From contig CAVNZM010000007.1 of assembly GCA_963693365.1 (NCBI GenBank), positions 6,073,962-6,137,961 on the forward strand: 64,000 bases of DNA. Reading direction: 5' to 3'. Source of the stretch: Amoebidium appalachense (lineage: Eukaryota; Protista; Ichthyosporea). The position numbers were made by a program, and so were the translations under genes. Below are positions 1-12,267 of the stretch, piece after piece (position 1 is the stretch's first letter; each line of letters starts with the position of its first letter). The notes under the pieces are model-generated. The model was given only the letters and a program-made list of their open reading frames with translations. It did not search any database and had not been told where the DNA came from.

Positions 1-73
1 AACATCAGATCACAGTCATATTCCTGAACCCCCCCCCCCCCCCCGGGTCTTCTCCCCTTCCGCATCTTCAAAG

Positions 74-310
74 TTTTTCACCACAACCTGAACAAACCCT
101 CTAACGAACCCAAACCACTTTTTTCACCACTAAACGTCATTTCATACAAACCTTTCACTTCTTTCCCCCTCTTTCAGCTGAAAATAATTATAATCTTTAT
201 CACTTATGTAAACAAATCACACATTAGTTTTTTCACCACAACCCTAGAAAACCCTGTAACGAACCCAAATCTCTTCTTTCACCACATAAACATCATATCA
301 TACCAAGCCG
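74..310. repeat. Two degenerate ~80-bp direct repeats (~74-152 and ~229-310)
   Basis: ttttcaccacaacc..aaaccct.taacgaacccaaa..ctt.tttcaccac.taaac.tcat.tcatac occurs twice. Confidence 0.8.
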
Positions 311-547
311 GCTCATTCAACATATCTTTGTCATAAAATAATATAACTCAATAACTCTATCCCAATACTACATCATACAAAAAAATCTTTTTTCCTGCAC
401 CACCACACATGTCTACCTACAAAAACAACTTGATCTATCAAATACATTAAACTTGACCCCACCACTTCTTTTCGTACTGCGTAACCCTATATTACAATTC
501 AGAGACTTTACATAATAACATCCAGAACCAATGCTATACGAAAAATC

Positions 548-1839
548 TCAACATTCAGGTTTCTCCGAGTCTTTCTTCTTTTTCAGATACGGGTTGAAAA
601 ACGCTGGCGTGCCGGTATATGCTGGCTTCATAGCTCCTCCAGCTGACGCCTGTGGCCGAGAAGTTTCCTTGGGGGGATAAATTGGCGTAATACTGCCCGC
701 GCGAATGACAGGGCCACTGGAATCACTTTGAAGTAGTCCATGCACCGACACAAGTTTCCCATTTTCAAACGTCAATGGACCACTTTCAGACGGTTTTTGT
801 GTCACAGCATCGCGTTTGTGATATCTTGCGTTATCATTAAACTTGACAGTGTAAACCGTCGCCCCACCGGAAAAGGGCACGTTCAACTTGAAATCATGCG
901 ACTTTTCCATGTCTCCCGTTTTCCGCAAGCTGCCAACTGTCCCCGTCGCAGAAATCAACACTCGATACTCCTGTCATAAAAAGATTAGAACTTACAGATT
1001 TCGAGAACAGCGGCTGGGGGGGGGGGGGGGGGGGGGAGGGGAGGGGAGGGGGAGGGGGGGGGGGGGGGGGGGAGGGGGGGGAGGGAGACGGAAGAGGGGG
1101 AGAGAGACGGGGAGACGAGGGCAGGGGGCGGCGCGGGAGAGGAGAGGGATAAGGAATTCGAAAACAACAGCCAAAAGGTAAACAAAAAGTAAACTCATTA
1201 CCAAAACCAATAATTATGAAACGCTCCCTACCACAAATTACGTATCAAACAGAAAGGGAAACAGCAACCCACCGACGTATGACGGATGTGAAAAAAACAA
1301 GAACAACAGGGCCCGGGAAGGGCCGCGAGAGGTGGGGGCCGGGAGGGAAGGGGGGGGAGCCGGCAACTGAGGGGACTGAGGGAGGGGGGGGAGGGGGGAG
1401 GGGCGGTTGGGGAGGGGGAAGAGAAATCAATTTAAACAGCAAAAGCCATGACACTGAGTCAAAAGACCAAAGAACCAGCAAAAGGCAAAGCAGGTCCCGG
1501 CGGGCAAGGAATAAGGGAACCCAGGAAGAAGGGAAGGGCAAAGGGAAAGACACTTACTGTAGCTTCCGGCAGTTCTGAGTCACTGGGAAGGAAACCTGTA
1601 ATCCCAATCATCCGGCCATCCATCTCTCCCACATATCCAGCAGCTTGAAGAAATCTTTTCACTTCAAAAAACACAAGAACGTTTGTATCCACTTGACATT
1701 GTTCCATTTCCTCTGCCTTAAAAGTTTGCACCTGCGCTCGGAAACCAGTACCAGGTACTGCCACAATTTGTTCCAGGGAAATAGTAGTATTGTTGTGTCC
1801 TACTACCCTCCCACCCATACTCACCACGGCATTCACCAT
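548..1839 (-). CDS. Two-exon gene (1839-1558, 970-548), 234 aa, predicted tandem OB-fold ssDNA-binding-like protein (gene A)
   Basis: Track ORFs 1459-1845 and 548-961 join in phase 0 via donor ACA|GTAAGT (1557) and acceptor gacag|GAG (971). OB-like strand patterns: VLISATGTV, ENGKLVSVHGLL, VIRAGSITPI. The fold is inferred by eye. Confidence 0.7.
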
Positions 1840-2178
1840 TTTCAAAAACTCTCAGGAAACAATAAAAATAAAAAAGAAGAAGGGGAAAAAAAGAAGAAAA
1901 AAAAAGAAGAATTGGAAGCGTAACTGCTAACTGATTTCAATAACAAACTGCGCACACCCTTTTATACCCCATCGATTAACGCACATTCTGGAACATCACA
2001 CACCTGCCATGCAACCTCAATCACCTATGTCCACAACCCTCCCCAAAAAAAGGTCACGAACAAAAGACAGAAAAGAGGGGAGAAAAACCCAACAACCAAA
2101 ACAGAAAAGAAAACCAGGATAACACCAACACCTCATCGTGACCAGTAACATACACACACACTCCCTGCCAAAAACTCA

Positions 2179-2799
2179 ATGGTTCCCGAACACCCTAATC
2201 AAGCAATTCCATGCGCATGACTGAACCCCCCAAACCTCATTTCACATTCATTCCTACGGTCCCGTAACGTTAACCCAGTCCCCTCTTTAACCGCACCTGT
2301 CATAAATTATTATTCTGGCATATATACACCAACTACAAAACGTAGCGATCGCATTCAGTTCAAAGTCTATCCGGTTTCAGCATGGTGTACACCAGCTGCC
2401 GGTGGAGAATTGATAGCACTACGTACCGATTTCAGAGAGTATTTACCTTCTCTCTCTCCAATTCAACTGAAAAACCCGAAACATTACTGTTTAGCAACAG
2501 GAACGCTTAAGTTCCCCAACTGTTTCAATCCTACAGATCGATGGGGTGCCGGCACATGGTTGGTATATTTCAAAAGTGACACACATGGAGTCTACGGGAA
2601 ACTGCATGTAGTACCAGCCATACAAAAGGTTGAAGGGTACGGACCAATTCACCAAAACGACAAAGTCAACGTACGTTTTCATTTCCATTGTGTTTCTGGT
2701 GAAGAAAGAATACAAGGCACTCCAGTGTACTTCCACGCAATAGGAACACAATTGCTTTCAACTCCAACTTTAACGCATGGCGATTTCATAAATCCTTAA
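2179..2799 (+). pseudogene. Intronless putative paralog of gene A (gene B), ~206 codons with one in-frame TGA at 2218-2220
   Basis: Frame is open 2221-2799 and ATG 2179 is in frame. Shares GE-x11-LPS-x14/15-ATGT[VL] with gene A. C-terminal NDKVNVRF...YFHAIGTQLL looks like OB strands 4-5. Confidence 0.55.
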
Positions 2800-3092
2800 A
2801 TCACCGTTGACAACAACACCGCGACAGCAACAGGTACAGCCTTCCTACTACATCATACCTACGTACGGTTGTTTACGGTTATTTATCACTGGTATATACG
2901 CCGGTAGTGAAATGTAATTGGTTGTTGTTTAATGACTGGAATGGCTGCAAAGAAAATGTCTTTCTGTTGCCGTGGGGAGAGTGTTTTCCCATGTATCAAC
3001 AGCCACTCCCTACCACTCACACGCGCATACCATATCATGTGCACGCAAACACACACAAACACACACACACAAACACACACACACACACCTCC

Positions 3093-3124
<32 letters not shown>

Positions 3125-3199
3125 CACACACACGCACACACGCACTGCACGCACACACGCACGCACACACACACACACACACACACACATGTGTGCACA

Positions 3200-3266
<67 letters not shown>

Positions 3267-3564
3267 CTGCATCCTCTCCCCTTCCCCTCCCCCCCCCCCC
3301 CCCCCCCCCCCCCCACACACACACACCCATAACACCCAACACACACAAATCAACACACCCGCACTGCATAAGTGCCTAACTCCTCTCATATGGTAGCTCC
3401 CCCGCCCGCACACACACATGCAACTTCCCTCTCCCTACCCGATACCTCTTCTACCTCCTCCCCCAACCCGCCTCTCCTTCACCTCCCCCACACACGCACA
3501 CACACACACGCGCGCGCGCGCTTCGCTTCGCTTCCCCACTGCCTCGTATGGAGATTGGGCCACA

Positions 3565-3592
3565 GATCGAGGCTCCGCCGAGATCAGTTTTA
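3565..3592 (+). mobile_element. Possible Helitron/Helentron 3' terminus (hairpin followed by T-run)
   Basis: GATCGAGGC-TCC-GCCGAGATC imperfect hairpin (7/9 pairs), then AG and TTTT, at a switch into AT-rich flank. Confidence 0.35.
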
Positions 3593-4415
3593 TTTATAAA
3601 TAATCCATTGAAAGGATCGACTTTCTGGATTAACTACTTGTGGGAGCCAGGTTTAAATTAATCCAATCAGCTGCTAGACTGGAACTACTTTTCCTTATTT
3701 AGCGCTCGTACGGCGACAGTACACCTTCACTGCGATCTCAATCATGTAGCAGTTGCACTTATTAACTTAAATGTGTTTGATAAGCATATATTGCATAAGC
3801 TTCTATGCATACTCCAATGCAAGAATATTATAGCAACATAACAGCGCAGAAATGGTGTCATGTTCTGAATCATGCTGCTGTGTGAACCGCCCAGTTCCCA
3901 GTGGCCACTGGCCACGGTCCCACTCCAAATTTAAAACGTCAACACTACGAGTCCGAACCCACCTCAGTGGCCAATCCGCTGCTTCCAAGACAGTGATTGG
4001 TTCCCACGCGCATGATGCTCGAGCCTATTAAAAACGGTTACTACACTTTGCCACATATGTAGAGTAGCATGGATCCTGATATTATTCTCACATTTCAATA
4101 AAAAAGAAGCCGTGAAAATTACTCTGCATTGGTATCTAATGGACAAAAGGGTGTGAGTCGTATAACACTGTTTGCAAATTTGTGATGTCACAACCTTGCT
4201 CGATTCCGATTGGATGCAAAGTCCATCTATGAAGGGTATCTGGAGACTGTAGAGCAATTTACACAAAATTTTCAATACAGTTTCACGGTTTTACTCCACA
4301 AAATTGTGTTACGCATATCTGTTACATGATGATTCTCGGCCTCCTTAATAGGAGAATGGTATTTGGACTATTCATTCGTCCGAGTTTTTCGGTTTAATAT
4401 TTCCAGTCAAAAGAA

Positions 4416-5942
4416 TTGTATTTTCTTCTCTTAGATATCGGTGATATCTCGATGGCTTCTATTTTGCTGAACATATCAATAAAGTAATTATAAATTTTTT
4501 TTTCCTGAAAGGAAACACATAGCTTGGAAATGTTTATTTTGGCGCTGTAACCTTTGTTTCCATAAATGTTTGTGCCACTTTTGTGCAGAACCTTTTTCTC
4601 GTAAACACTTAGATAGATGTATTTATTTATCTCAGATTATTCCGTTAGAAATTATTTTCTTTTGACTGGATTTATTCGACGGAAAGATATGCAAGTACGC
4701 ACGGCAGAGAAGACAATAAAAACTTCACGAGTTATCCAGTAACAAGTGCATACTGAGATACCTGAAGACAATAAAAACTTCACGAGTTATCCAGTAACAA
4801 GTGCATACTGAGATAAGAAGACTGGCTTATTTAGATAATCCTGCTATTACGTCTATTGACTATCTGTTGAACCACGGTATGTTTAATGAGGGACTTGCAC
4901 TTTCAAAAAGGACTTCACTTTCACTTCGAGATATCTCTTAGCTGTCACGTCAACTTTTTTTCCCGATTCTTCACCATGGCAGGTATATAAAGGCTTTTGT
5001 TTCTTCTTTTTGTGGTGGGAGGGAGTCCCACTCAGGGGAACGTGACTGCAGCGTGTGTGTGGTGTGGCCTGGTGTATTCCTACAGTAACTGCTGTGAGAG
5101 TGTGGGGGCATCTCCCTTTCGCGAAGTTTCTCGCTTGAGAAGTGGTTTCTTCAACGCCTGGTGGTCCACTGCAACCTATGGTAACTTCTACACGCTGTCT
5201 ACGCTTCTACGCGATCTATTGGCGGTGGGCTGCTGCAACTTCTTCAGCTACTTCTGCGCTGCGTGAGTGGAGGGGCGGCTACTTGGTCGTCGGGGAGCTT
5301 TCCAAGTGACTGCCAGTCCTTAGCCTCCAGTCGTATGGCAATGACCGGGTTTGCTTGCATGCATTCTGTAATTGTGTTTTTCTGTGTGTCCTGCCACAAC
5401 TAGGCCACCTTATCAGAGAGCTAGATGCAGTTTCTCCGGGTTATCTAGGGGCCGGGCCCGTTGGGATTGTTTTTTAGCTCAGATTTGGTCTGCATTGCTC
5501 TTTTAGAGGCTGACTTGCTTGCTGTGCCTGGGTAGGTTTTAAGGGGGGCCTGTTGGGAAGCAGCAGTAATGATGTCTTCTTGCGGAGTGTGGTCTGGTCA
5601 ACATCGATGCATATGACTAGTTGGAGCAAACTAGTTTCACGCATACATGTACACTTAAGGGTTTGCCCGCTGGTGTCCTTTGTCACTTGTCGCTTTATTT
5701 TTATTTCGTAGCTTTGGCTTTTTCAGTTCTATTGGTGGGTATGTAGCCTGTGGCTGCACGTTGCCTTCATCAACGGGTCAATAAAACCGAGTCAAAAGAA
5801 AAGTTTTCTAGGGTGTATGATTATTTAAGTCGTTATCTCCTCCGTATCCGAGAGTGAGGGCTTTTGTATTTTCTTCTCCGAGATATCGGTGATATCTCGA
5901 TGGCTTCTATTTTGCTGAGCATATCTATAAAGTCATTATAAA
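4416..5942. mobile_element. Non-coding element bounded by 79-bp direct repeats (4416-4494, 5864-5942)
   Basis: Repeats differ at about 5 positions and contain a (G)AGATATC-GGT-GATATCT(C) palindrome. Internal TATA-like GGTATATAAAGG (~4982) and AATAAA (~5780). Confidence 0.45.
4710..4815. repeat. Tandem duplication of ~52 bp
   Basis: gaagacaataaaaacttcacgagttatccagtaacaagtgcatactgagata twice. Confidence 0.9.
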
Positions 5943-6311
5943 AATAATAAAAATACAGGAGTTGGCACCGGTGGAGTTTTGGGTGATCCTAGAGTTGGGA
6001 TCTTGTCATTGGATACAACATAAAGGTTTTTACGCAAAGTAGTGCGAGTAGTACATAGGCTATGTCACACACTCACAATGTCACACAACAACCACCGGCT
6101 TCGAGAAAAAAATCACACCACACTTAATTAGAAGCAGAAAAACCGTGCGTATTTTCACGCTCAAAACTTTTTTAAAGCCACTAAACTACCTCTCACCAAA
6201 GTTCCTCGCATCGCCGGGTGTTTTGTTTCAGAAAAGGCATTCTTCTCGCTCTTGAGCCAATCCTCCTGCCCCACACCTAATCAATCAACCACACAAGCCT
6301 TAGCTGAAAAA

Positions 6312-6790
6312 ATGGAGCTTGCGGAGAGTTTTGCACAGGCAAGCGCCTTTATGCAGAGTACAAATCTGCGTCTTGATAACCAGCAGAAGCTTAGATTATA
6401 CGGTCTATACAAGCAGGGGACGGAGGGTAGCTGTAACACTCCGAGACCGGGCTTCTTTGACATGGTGGGCAAGGCAAAATGGTGAGTGCATACGTCCAAC
6501 TCCCCCCCCCCCCCCCCCCCCCTTCCCCTCAAACCCCCCCCCCCCCACCCCCCCCTCCCCCGACCACATTGCCAACCCCCCCCCCCCCCCCTCCCCCCCC
6601 CCTTTCACTACCTCCCCATCCATTCTCTTCTTTCTTACCCCGTTCCTCCCTTGCATTCTCCCTTTAGATTCACTCACCGGCACTGCCACCACCACAACAA
6701 ATACCACCATGACCCCTCGTTCCACTGCCCCCTTCCCCCCCTCCCCCCTTGCCCTCCTTCTTCCTCACCTCCCCCTCTGCCCTTCCTACA

Positions 6791-6880
<90 letters not shown>

Positions 6881-8248
6881 ACACACAGACACACACACAG
6901 ACACATACAGACACACACACAACCCCCCCCCCCACACACACACACACACACACACCACACACACGCAACCCTGCACACGGCCTTGCACATTCCCTCTCCA
7001 TCTTCCCAGGGATGCATGGTCATCTATCGGAAACATCAGCAAGGATGAGGCCATGAGGCAGTACGTCGACGTTGTTGGGGAGCTGTGTCCAACGTGGAGA
7101 GATCAGAAGGTAGTGTCTGGGTGCAATGAGGCAGGGATTTGTGTCCACTGCTGTTGGTGGTGTGTGTATGTTGTGTGAAATAACATAGGGCTGCATGGTT
7201 CTGAATGAGCCAGGGAAGAACGGTGTTTCTGTGTGTGGTGGTGGTGGGGGGGGTGGGGGGGTGGGGTCCCCCGGGGGAGGAGGAGGGGAGGGAAGGATGG
7301 GGTTGGGGTGGGTGAGTGGTGATTGGAGTGGATCGGGGTGGGGAGGGAAGTGGGCAGATACCGAGGAATTAGTCAGTCTTAGATTTTATTTTGCAAGAAC
7401 GAAAAATGAAGGAAAGCAGACCGGCCTAAAACCGGGAGGGTGAGTAAGTTGTGTGTGTGTGGGGGGGGGGGGGGGGGGGGGGGGAGGGGGGAGGGAGGAT
7501 GGGGGGGGGGGGGGGGGGGGGGGGTTTGGGGAGGAAGGATGGCAAGACTTGCTCTTGAGGTCACAAGGCGGCCATGAAAGGGAGGTGGGGGGGGGGGGGG
7601 GGGGGGGAGGGGGGGGGGGGGGGGAAGAAGGGACGGGAGGGGGTGGATGGGGAATCGTGGAAGGGGAGCAAGGAAGCCGGGCACCGTGGAAGGGGGGGGG
7701 GGGGGATGGAAAAAAGGGGAGGAAATTTGAGACCGCACGTAGGAATATTTGCTACCTATTCCTCTATGAGGCCGAGTTGAATGTGTGTGGATGGTGTGGG
7801 AACATGTGAGGAAAGGTGTGGATAGGGTATGTGTATGTGAAAGAGGGGAGGGTGTGTGTGTATGTGTGTGCCAGTGTGTTTTTTGGGGGAGGGGGGGGAA
7901 AGGGGGGGGAGGATGGGGAGTGTGGGGGTTGGGGTTAGGGGGGTTTTGGGGGGGAGGGAGGCTCGGCTGACAGGATATGGTGTTTGACTGAAAGCTCAGT
8001 CGGAATGTAGGAAGAGGGGATTGGAAAAGGTGTGAAGGTGTGTGTGTGTGTGTTTGGGGGGGGAGAAGAGGGGGGGGGGGGGGGAGGGGGAGGGGCAAGG
8101 GGGGGGGGGGGGGGGGGGGGATGGAGGGGTGGGAGAGCAGTAATCGATAAGGGAACAAAGGAGAGGGGGATGTGTGGATGTGTATGTGGGCTTGGGAGGT
8201 TGGGGGTGGAGGGATCGAAGGAATTCGAGGGGAAAGGTGGTGGTGGTG

Positions 8249-8279
<31 letters not shown>

Positions 8280-9163
8280 GGGGGGGGGGGGGGGGAGGGG
8301 GAGGGGGACGGGGGGAGGGGGGGGGGGGGGGGGGGGGGGAGGGAGGTACCAGTGTACTGTATGGGTACAATAATACGTGGGGTGGTTGTTTTTTTATGAC
8401 CGGTTGCCGAAGGCAGGTGGGGAGAGGGGAGACGAGGAAGGACACAGCACGGATGAGAGTGGAGGGGGGAGGAGGGGATGCAGGGGCATTTGGCATTGGT
8501 GGGCCGGTGTTTAGCTCCCTGGCGGACCATGGGCCAAAACTACCGTGAGTGTGCGCACGTGCACGTGAGTGAAAATGTGCTTGCACTTGCACGTGAGTGA
8601 AAATATGCTTGCACTTGCACGTGAGTGAAAATATGCTTGCACTTGCACGTGAGTGAAAATATGCTTGCACTTGCACGTGAGTGAAAATATGCTTGCACGT
8701 GCACGTGAGTGAAAATATGCTTGCACGTGCACGTGAGTGAAAATATGCTTGCACGTGCACGACATGCTTGTACGGATACCTGTACACGAGCACGCACATG
8801 CACAGGCACATGCACAGGCACATGCACACGCGCACACGTGTATCCGTACACACAGACACACTCGAAGACACACATATGCACAGGCACACGTGCGTGTATA
8901 CACACGTGCACATGCACACGGAAACACACACATACACACACACAGTCACACACACACGCACGCACACACACACACACATACATACACACACACACGCACA
9001 CACACACAAATACACACAAATACACATACGCAGACATAGGGGCAAGCATTTGCACACAAGCACACACATAACAACACCAATGCACATATTCGCGCGAGCG
9101 CGTACCACACAAAGACACACAGCCACAGCCACAGGCACATTGTTTGACACACACACACACACA

Positions 9164-9204
<41 letters not shown>

Positions 9205-9868
9205 CTTCTCTCTCTCTCTCTCCGAAAGGTTAGGGATCCGGGGAGCTTTGTAGGAGCCCGACTTATGCTCGACTTCTCTGCTTGTTTTCTTTGTTATTGT
9301 CTGCTTGCAGGTTTTGTAGGCTCTGTGTTCTTAGATTGCTGCTCCTTGAAGAACCCTGCTCGTCCTTGGCCAAGACGGGTGGACTCCCCTGTTGCTGTGT
9401 GTGTGTGTGCCTGGGAGGGGAGAAGGTGGGGTGGGGGTGGGAGCGGGGAGGGAGGGAGGGAGGGTGAGACGGAGGGGGGGAAAGAGTGGGTGAGACAGGG
9501 AGGAAGGGGGGGCGGGCAGGGGGGGGGGGGGGGGAATACACACATGCACAGAAAGGGACGGAGGGACGGAGGGGGAAGTAGTATGGCCCAAATAGAGTTT
9601 TAAATCTGTAGGGAGGGAGTTTGTGCTGAGAGCCAACGTGCAGGGACAGTGAAAAGGACATTTTTGATTGGTGCAAGGAGGCAAACACCGGCAGACTGGC
9701 CGAGGCACTGGCACGGTGTGATGACGTCAACATGAGGGATGAGCAGGTGGGCACAGTGAGAACCAACCCCCCCCCCTCCCCCCCCTCCCACCATATATAT
9801 GTATAGTATATGTATATGGGGTTTACGCTGTTTACTCGAAGCAAAGTATATATATCCCCTACCCCATA

Positions 9869-9952
<84 letters not shown>

Positions 9953-9982
9953 TCTGTGTGTTTGTGTGTGTGTGTGTGTGTA

Positions 9983-10042
<60 letters not shown>

Positions 10043-11302
10043 CTACCTCCAAGTATATCCCCTCCACGCCCCCAACACATACATGGATTACTCCCCCCCC
10101 CCCCCCCCCCCTCCCCCCCAACCACCACCACCACCATTACCACCGTGTCTCTTTTCTCTCTCCGTTTTCCTCTCGCTCTCTCCATCCCCGCCCCTTCTCC
10201 CCTTCTTTTCTGCGCCTACAAACTTTTAACAGACACTGTGCTTGGACGGTAAGCACTGTGTGCACATGGACTGTAAACACTGCGTGCACATAGACTGCAA
10301 ACACTGTGTGCACTTGCACTGCAAACACTGTGTGCACATGGACTGTAAACACTGTGTGCACTTGCACTGTAAACACTGTGTGCACATGGACTGTAAACCA
10401 CTGTGTGCACGCCATTTTTGGTTAACCAACCCACCTTTAACCCGTTCAGGGCATGACTCTACTGCACTGGGCATGTGACCGTGGCAGCCCCGAGGTGGTG
10501 TCGTTGCTCATTCAGCACGGTGTGGATGTAAACGCACAGGTAAATAACCCCCCCCCCCCCCTCCCCCTCCCCCCCAAGTGTGTCTGGTCTTCCTCTCCTT
10601 TCTTCCCCCCTCCCCCCCCCCCCCCCTCCTCCCCTCCCTTCTCTCCCTCTCTTTTCAAAATCTTTCCACCGTTCTCTCTGTCAATGCAAAATCTGTGTTG
10701 CATTGTCCTTTATGAATCTGTACTTTCATTCTCTGCAATGAATTCTACATCTCCCCCTTCCCGTCCCCTCCTGCTGCCCATTTGCAGATGTAGCATGACT
10801 TAACTTCTCAGGAAAGAAAATACCGAAAAAATTATGGGTGACAGAAGAAGTGTTTTCTAACGGTCCTCGCGTTGGTTGTATCTTTAGGTAGATGTTAGGA
10901 AGTGTCATTAGGTGAGGGTCGCTATGGCGAGGCATGTGTATTGGTAATGGTGTTATGGTTGGTTTCCAGTGCGAAAAAAAAGAAAGACTGACAGACATTT
11001 ACCCACTACCCGAATACACAATAATGCCAAGCCCTCTCACACACAAGTGCACACGTAAACACTTACACACGCATAACATACGCACACACACAGACACATA
11101 CATGGCACATTAACACACGCACAGAACACCATACACCACACGTGCGCACACGAGCCTGCTCGCAATTAGGCACCCACACACACACACATGCATACACACA
11201 TCCTCACCCAACCCCAACACACACATGTATACGTCGTTCCCCCCCCTCCCCCTCCTCCCCCTTCCCCCAAACATGCACGCACGCGCGGACACACACACGC
11301 AC

Positions 11303-11352
<50 letters not shown>

Positions 11353-11455
11353 ATGAATCTGGACAGACGCCCTTGCACTATGGTCAGTTCCCAATCATGA
11401 TTCCTCCCCCCCCCTCTCCCCCCCTCCCCCCCCCCTCCCCCCCCCCCCCCCCCCC

Positions 11456-11488
<33 letters not shown>

Positions 11489-12033
11489 AGGGGACACCTG
11501 TGTGGGCCTTGTTTTGATGGCTGTTCCCATGAGGAGATTAGCGCATTTAGGGTGTGTTTGATATGTGCGGAGAACGTGGGGTTATTGTACGTGCAGGCAC
11601 TGTGCTTGGATTGTCCAATGTAGACACCAGAAGTGTGTGCGGGGGAAGGGTGGGTGGACGGGTGGGTGGATGGGTGGGTGGGTGGGTGGATGGGTGGGTG
11701 GGTGGGTGGGTGGATGGGTGAGTGGGTGGGTGGGTGGGTGGGTGGGTGGATGGATGGGTGGGTGGGTGGGTGGGTGGATGGATGGGTGGGTGGGTGGGTG
11801 GATGGGTGGGTGGGTGGGTGGGTGGGTGGGTGGATGGGTGGGTGGGTGGGTGGGCGGGCGGGCGGGCGGGTGGGCGGGCGGGTGGGCGGGCAGGTGGGTG
11901 TTGGGGGGGGGGGGGGGGGGGGGGGGGGGGTATGCGTGTTGGGGTGTGTGTGCATGTGTGCATGTGTTAGCGTGTGCGTGTGTGTGTGTGTGTGTGTATG
12001 TGACTGTGTCTGTAAGGGTACTTGTTCTCGGCT

Positions 12034-12074
<41 letters not shown>

Positions 12075-12267
12075 CTGGTTTCTTTTGGTGTCCTTGTTCT
12101 GGCTTTTTAACGAGCACGGTGTTCTTGCAGCTGCGTCATGTGACCACGAGCCAATCGTACGGCTCCTAATTGCCGCCGGTGTAGATGTGAGCATTGGGGA
12201 TGAGGACGGCACCACGGCCGTAGAGGTAACATCAAGCCAGCCAATCAGAGACATGCTGGCTAAATAG
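6312..12267 (+). CDS. ACBD6: Acyl-CoA-binding domain plus ankyrin repeat protein (ACBD6-like); exons 6312-6481, 7010-7109, ~8417-8544, 9644-9746, 10450-10539, 11352-11382, 12131-12267
   Basis: ACBP motif [27 protein letters not shown]|DAW; linker GGPVFSSL; KDIFDWCKE; ankyrin motifs [12 protein letters not shown] and GQTPLHYAASC; consistent GT-AG phases. The linker exon structure is uncertain. Confidence 0.92.
8556..8762. repeat. 28-bp intronic minisatellite, ~7 copies, each containing GTGAGT
   Basis: Unit gcac(t/g)tgcacgtgagtgaaaatatgctt, starting just after the real donor at 8545. Confidence 0.9.
10252..10410. repeat. 24-bp intronic minisatellite, ~6 copies
   Basis: Unit aaacactgtgtgcacatggactgt and variants. 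Confidence 0.9.
11648..11900. repeat. (GGGT/GGAT/GGGC)n tetranucleotide tract with G-quadruplex potential
   Basis: ~250 bp of GGGT-type repeats in the last ACBD6 intron. Confidence 0.9.

Noticed and set aside
3803-4275. Short minus-strand ORFs as a transposase or other gene
   Set aside because: No recognisable motif or splice structure
4943-5860. Solo LTR starting TGTCACG
   Set aside because: No matching ..CA end with a 4-6-bp TSD could be found
7390-7445. Extra ACBD6 micro-exon ([13 protein letters not shown]) with a GTGAGT donor
   Set aside because: No in-phase acceptor in the sequence as given; possible but not supportable
10242-10478. Metallothionein-like or multi-CxxC ORF (CKHCVHMD)n
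   Set aside because: It is a 24-bp minisatellite inside an ACBD6 intron whose flanking exons join without it
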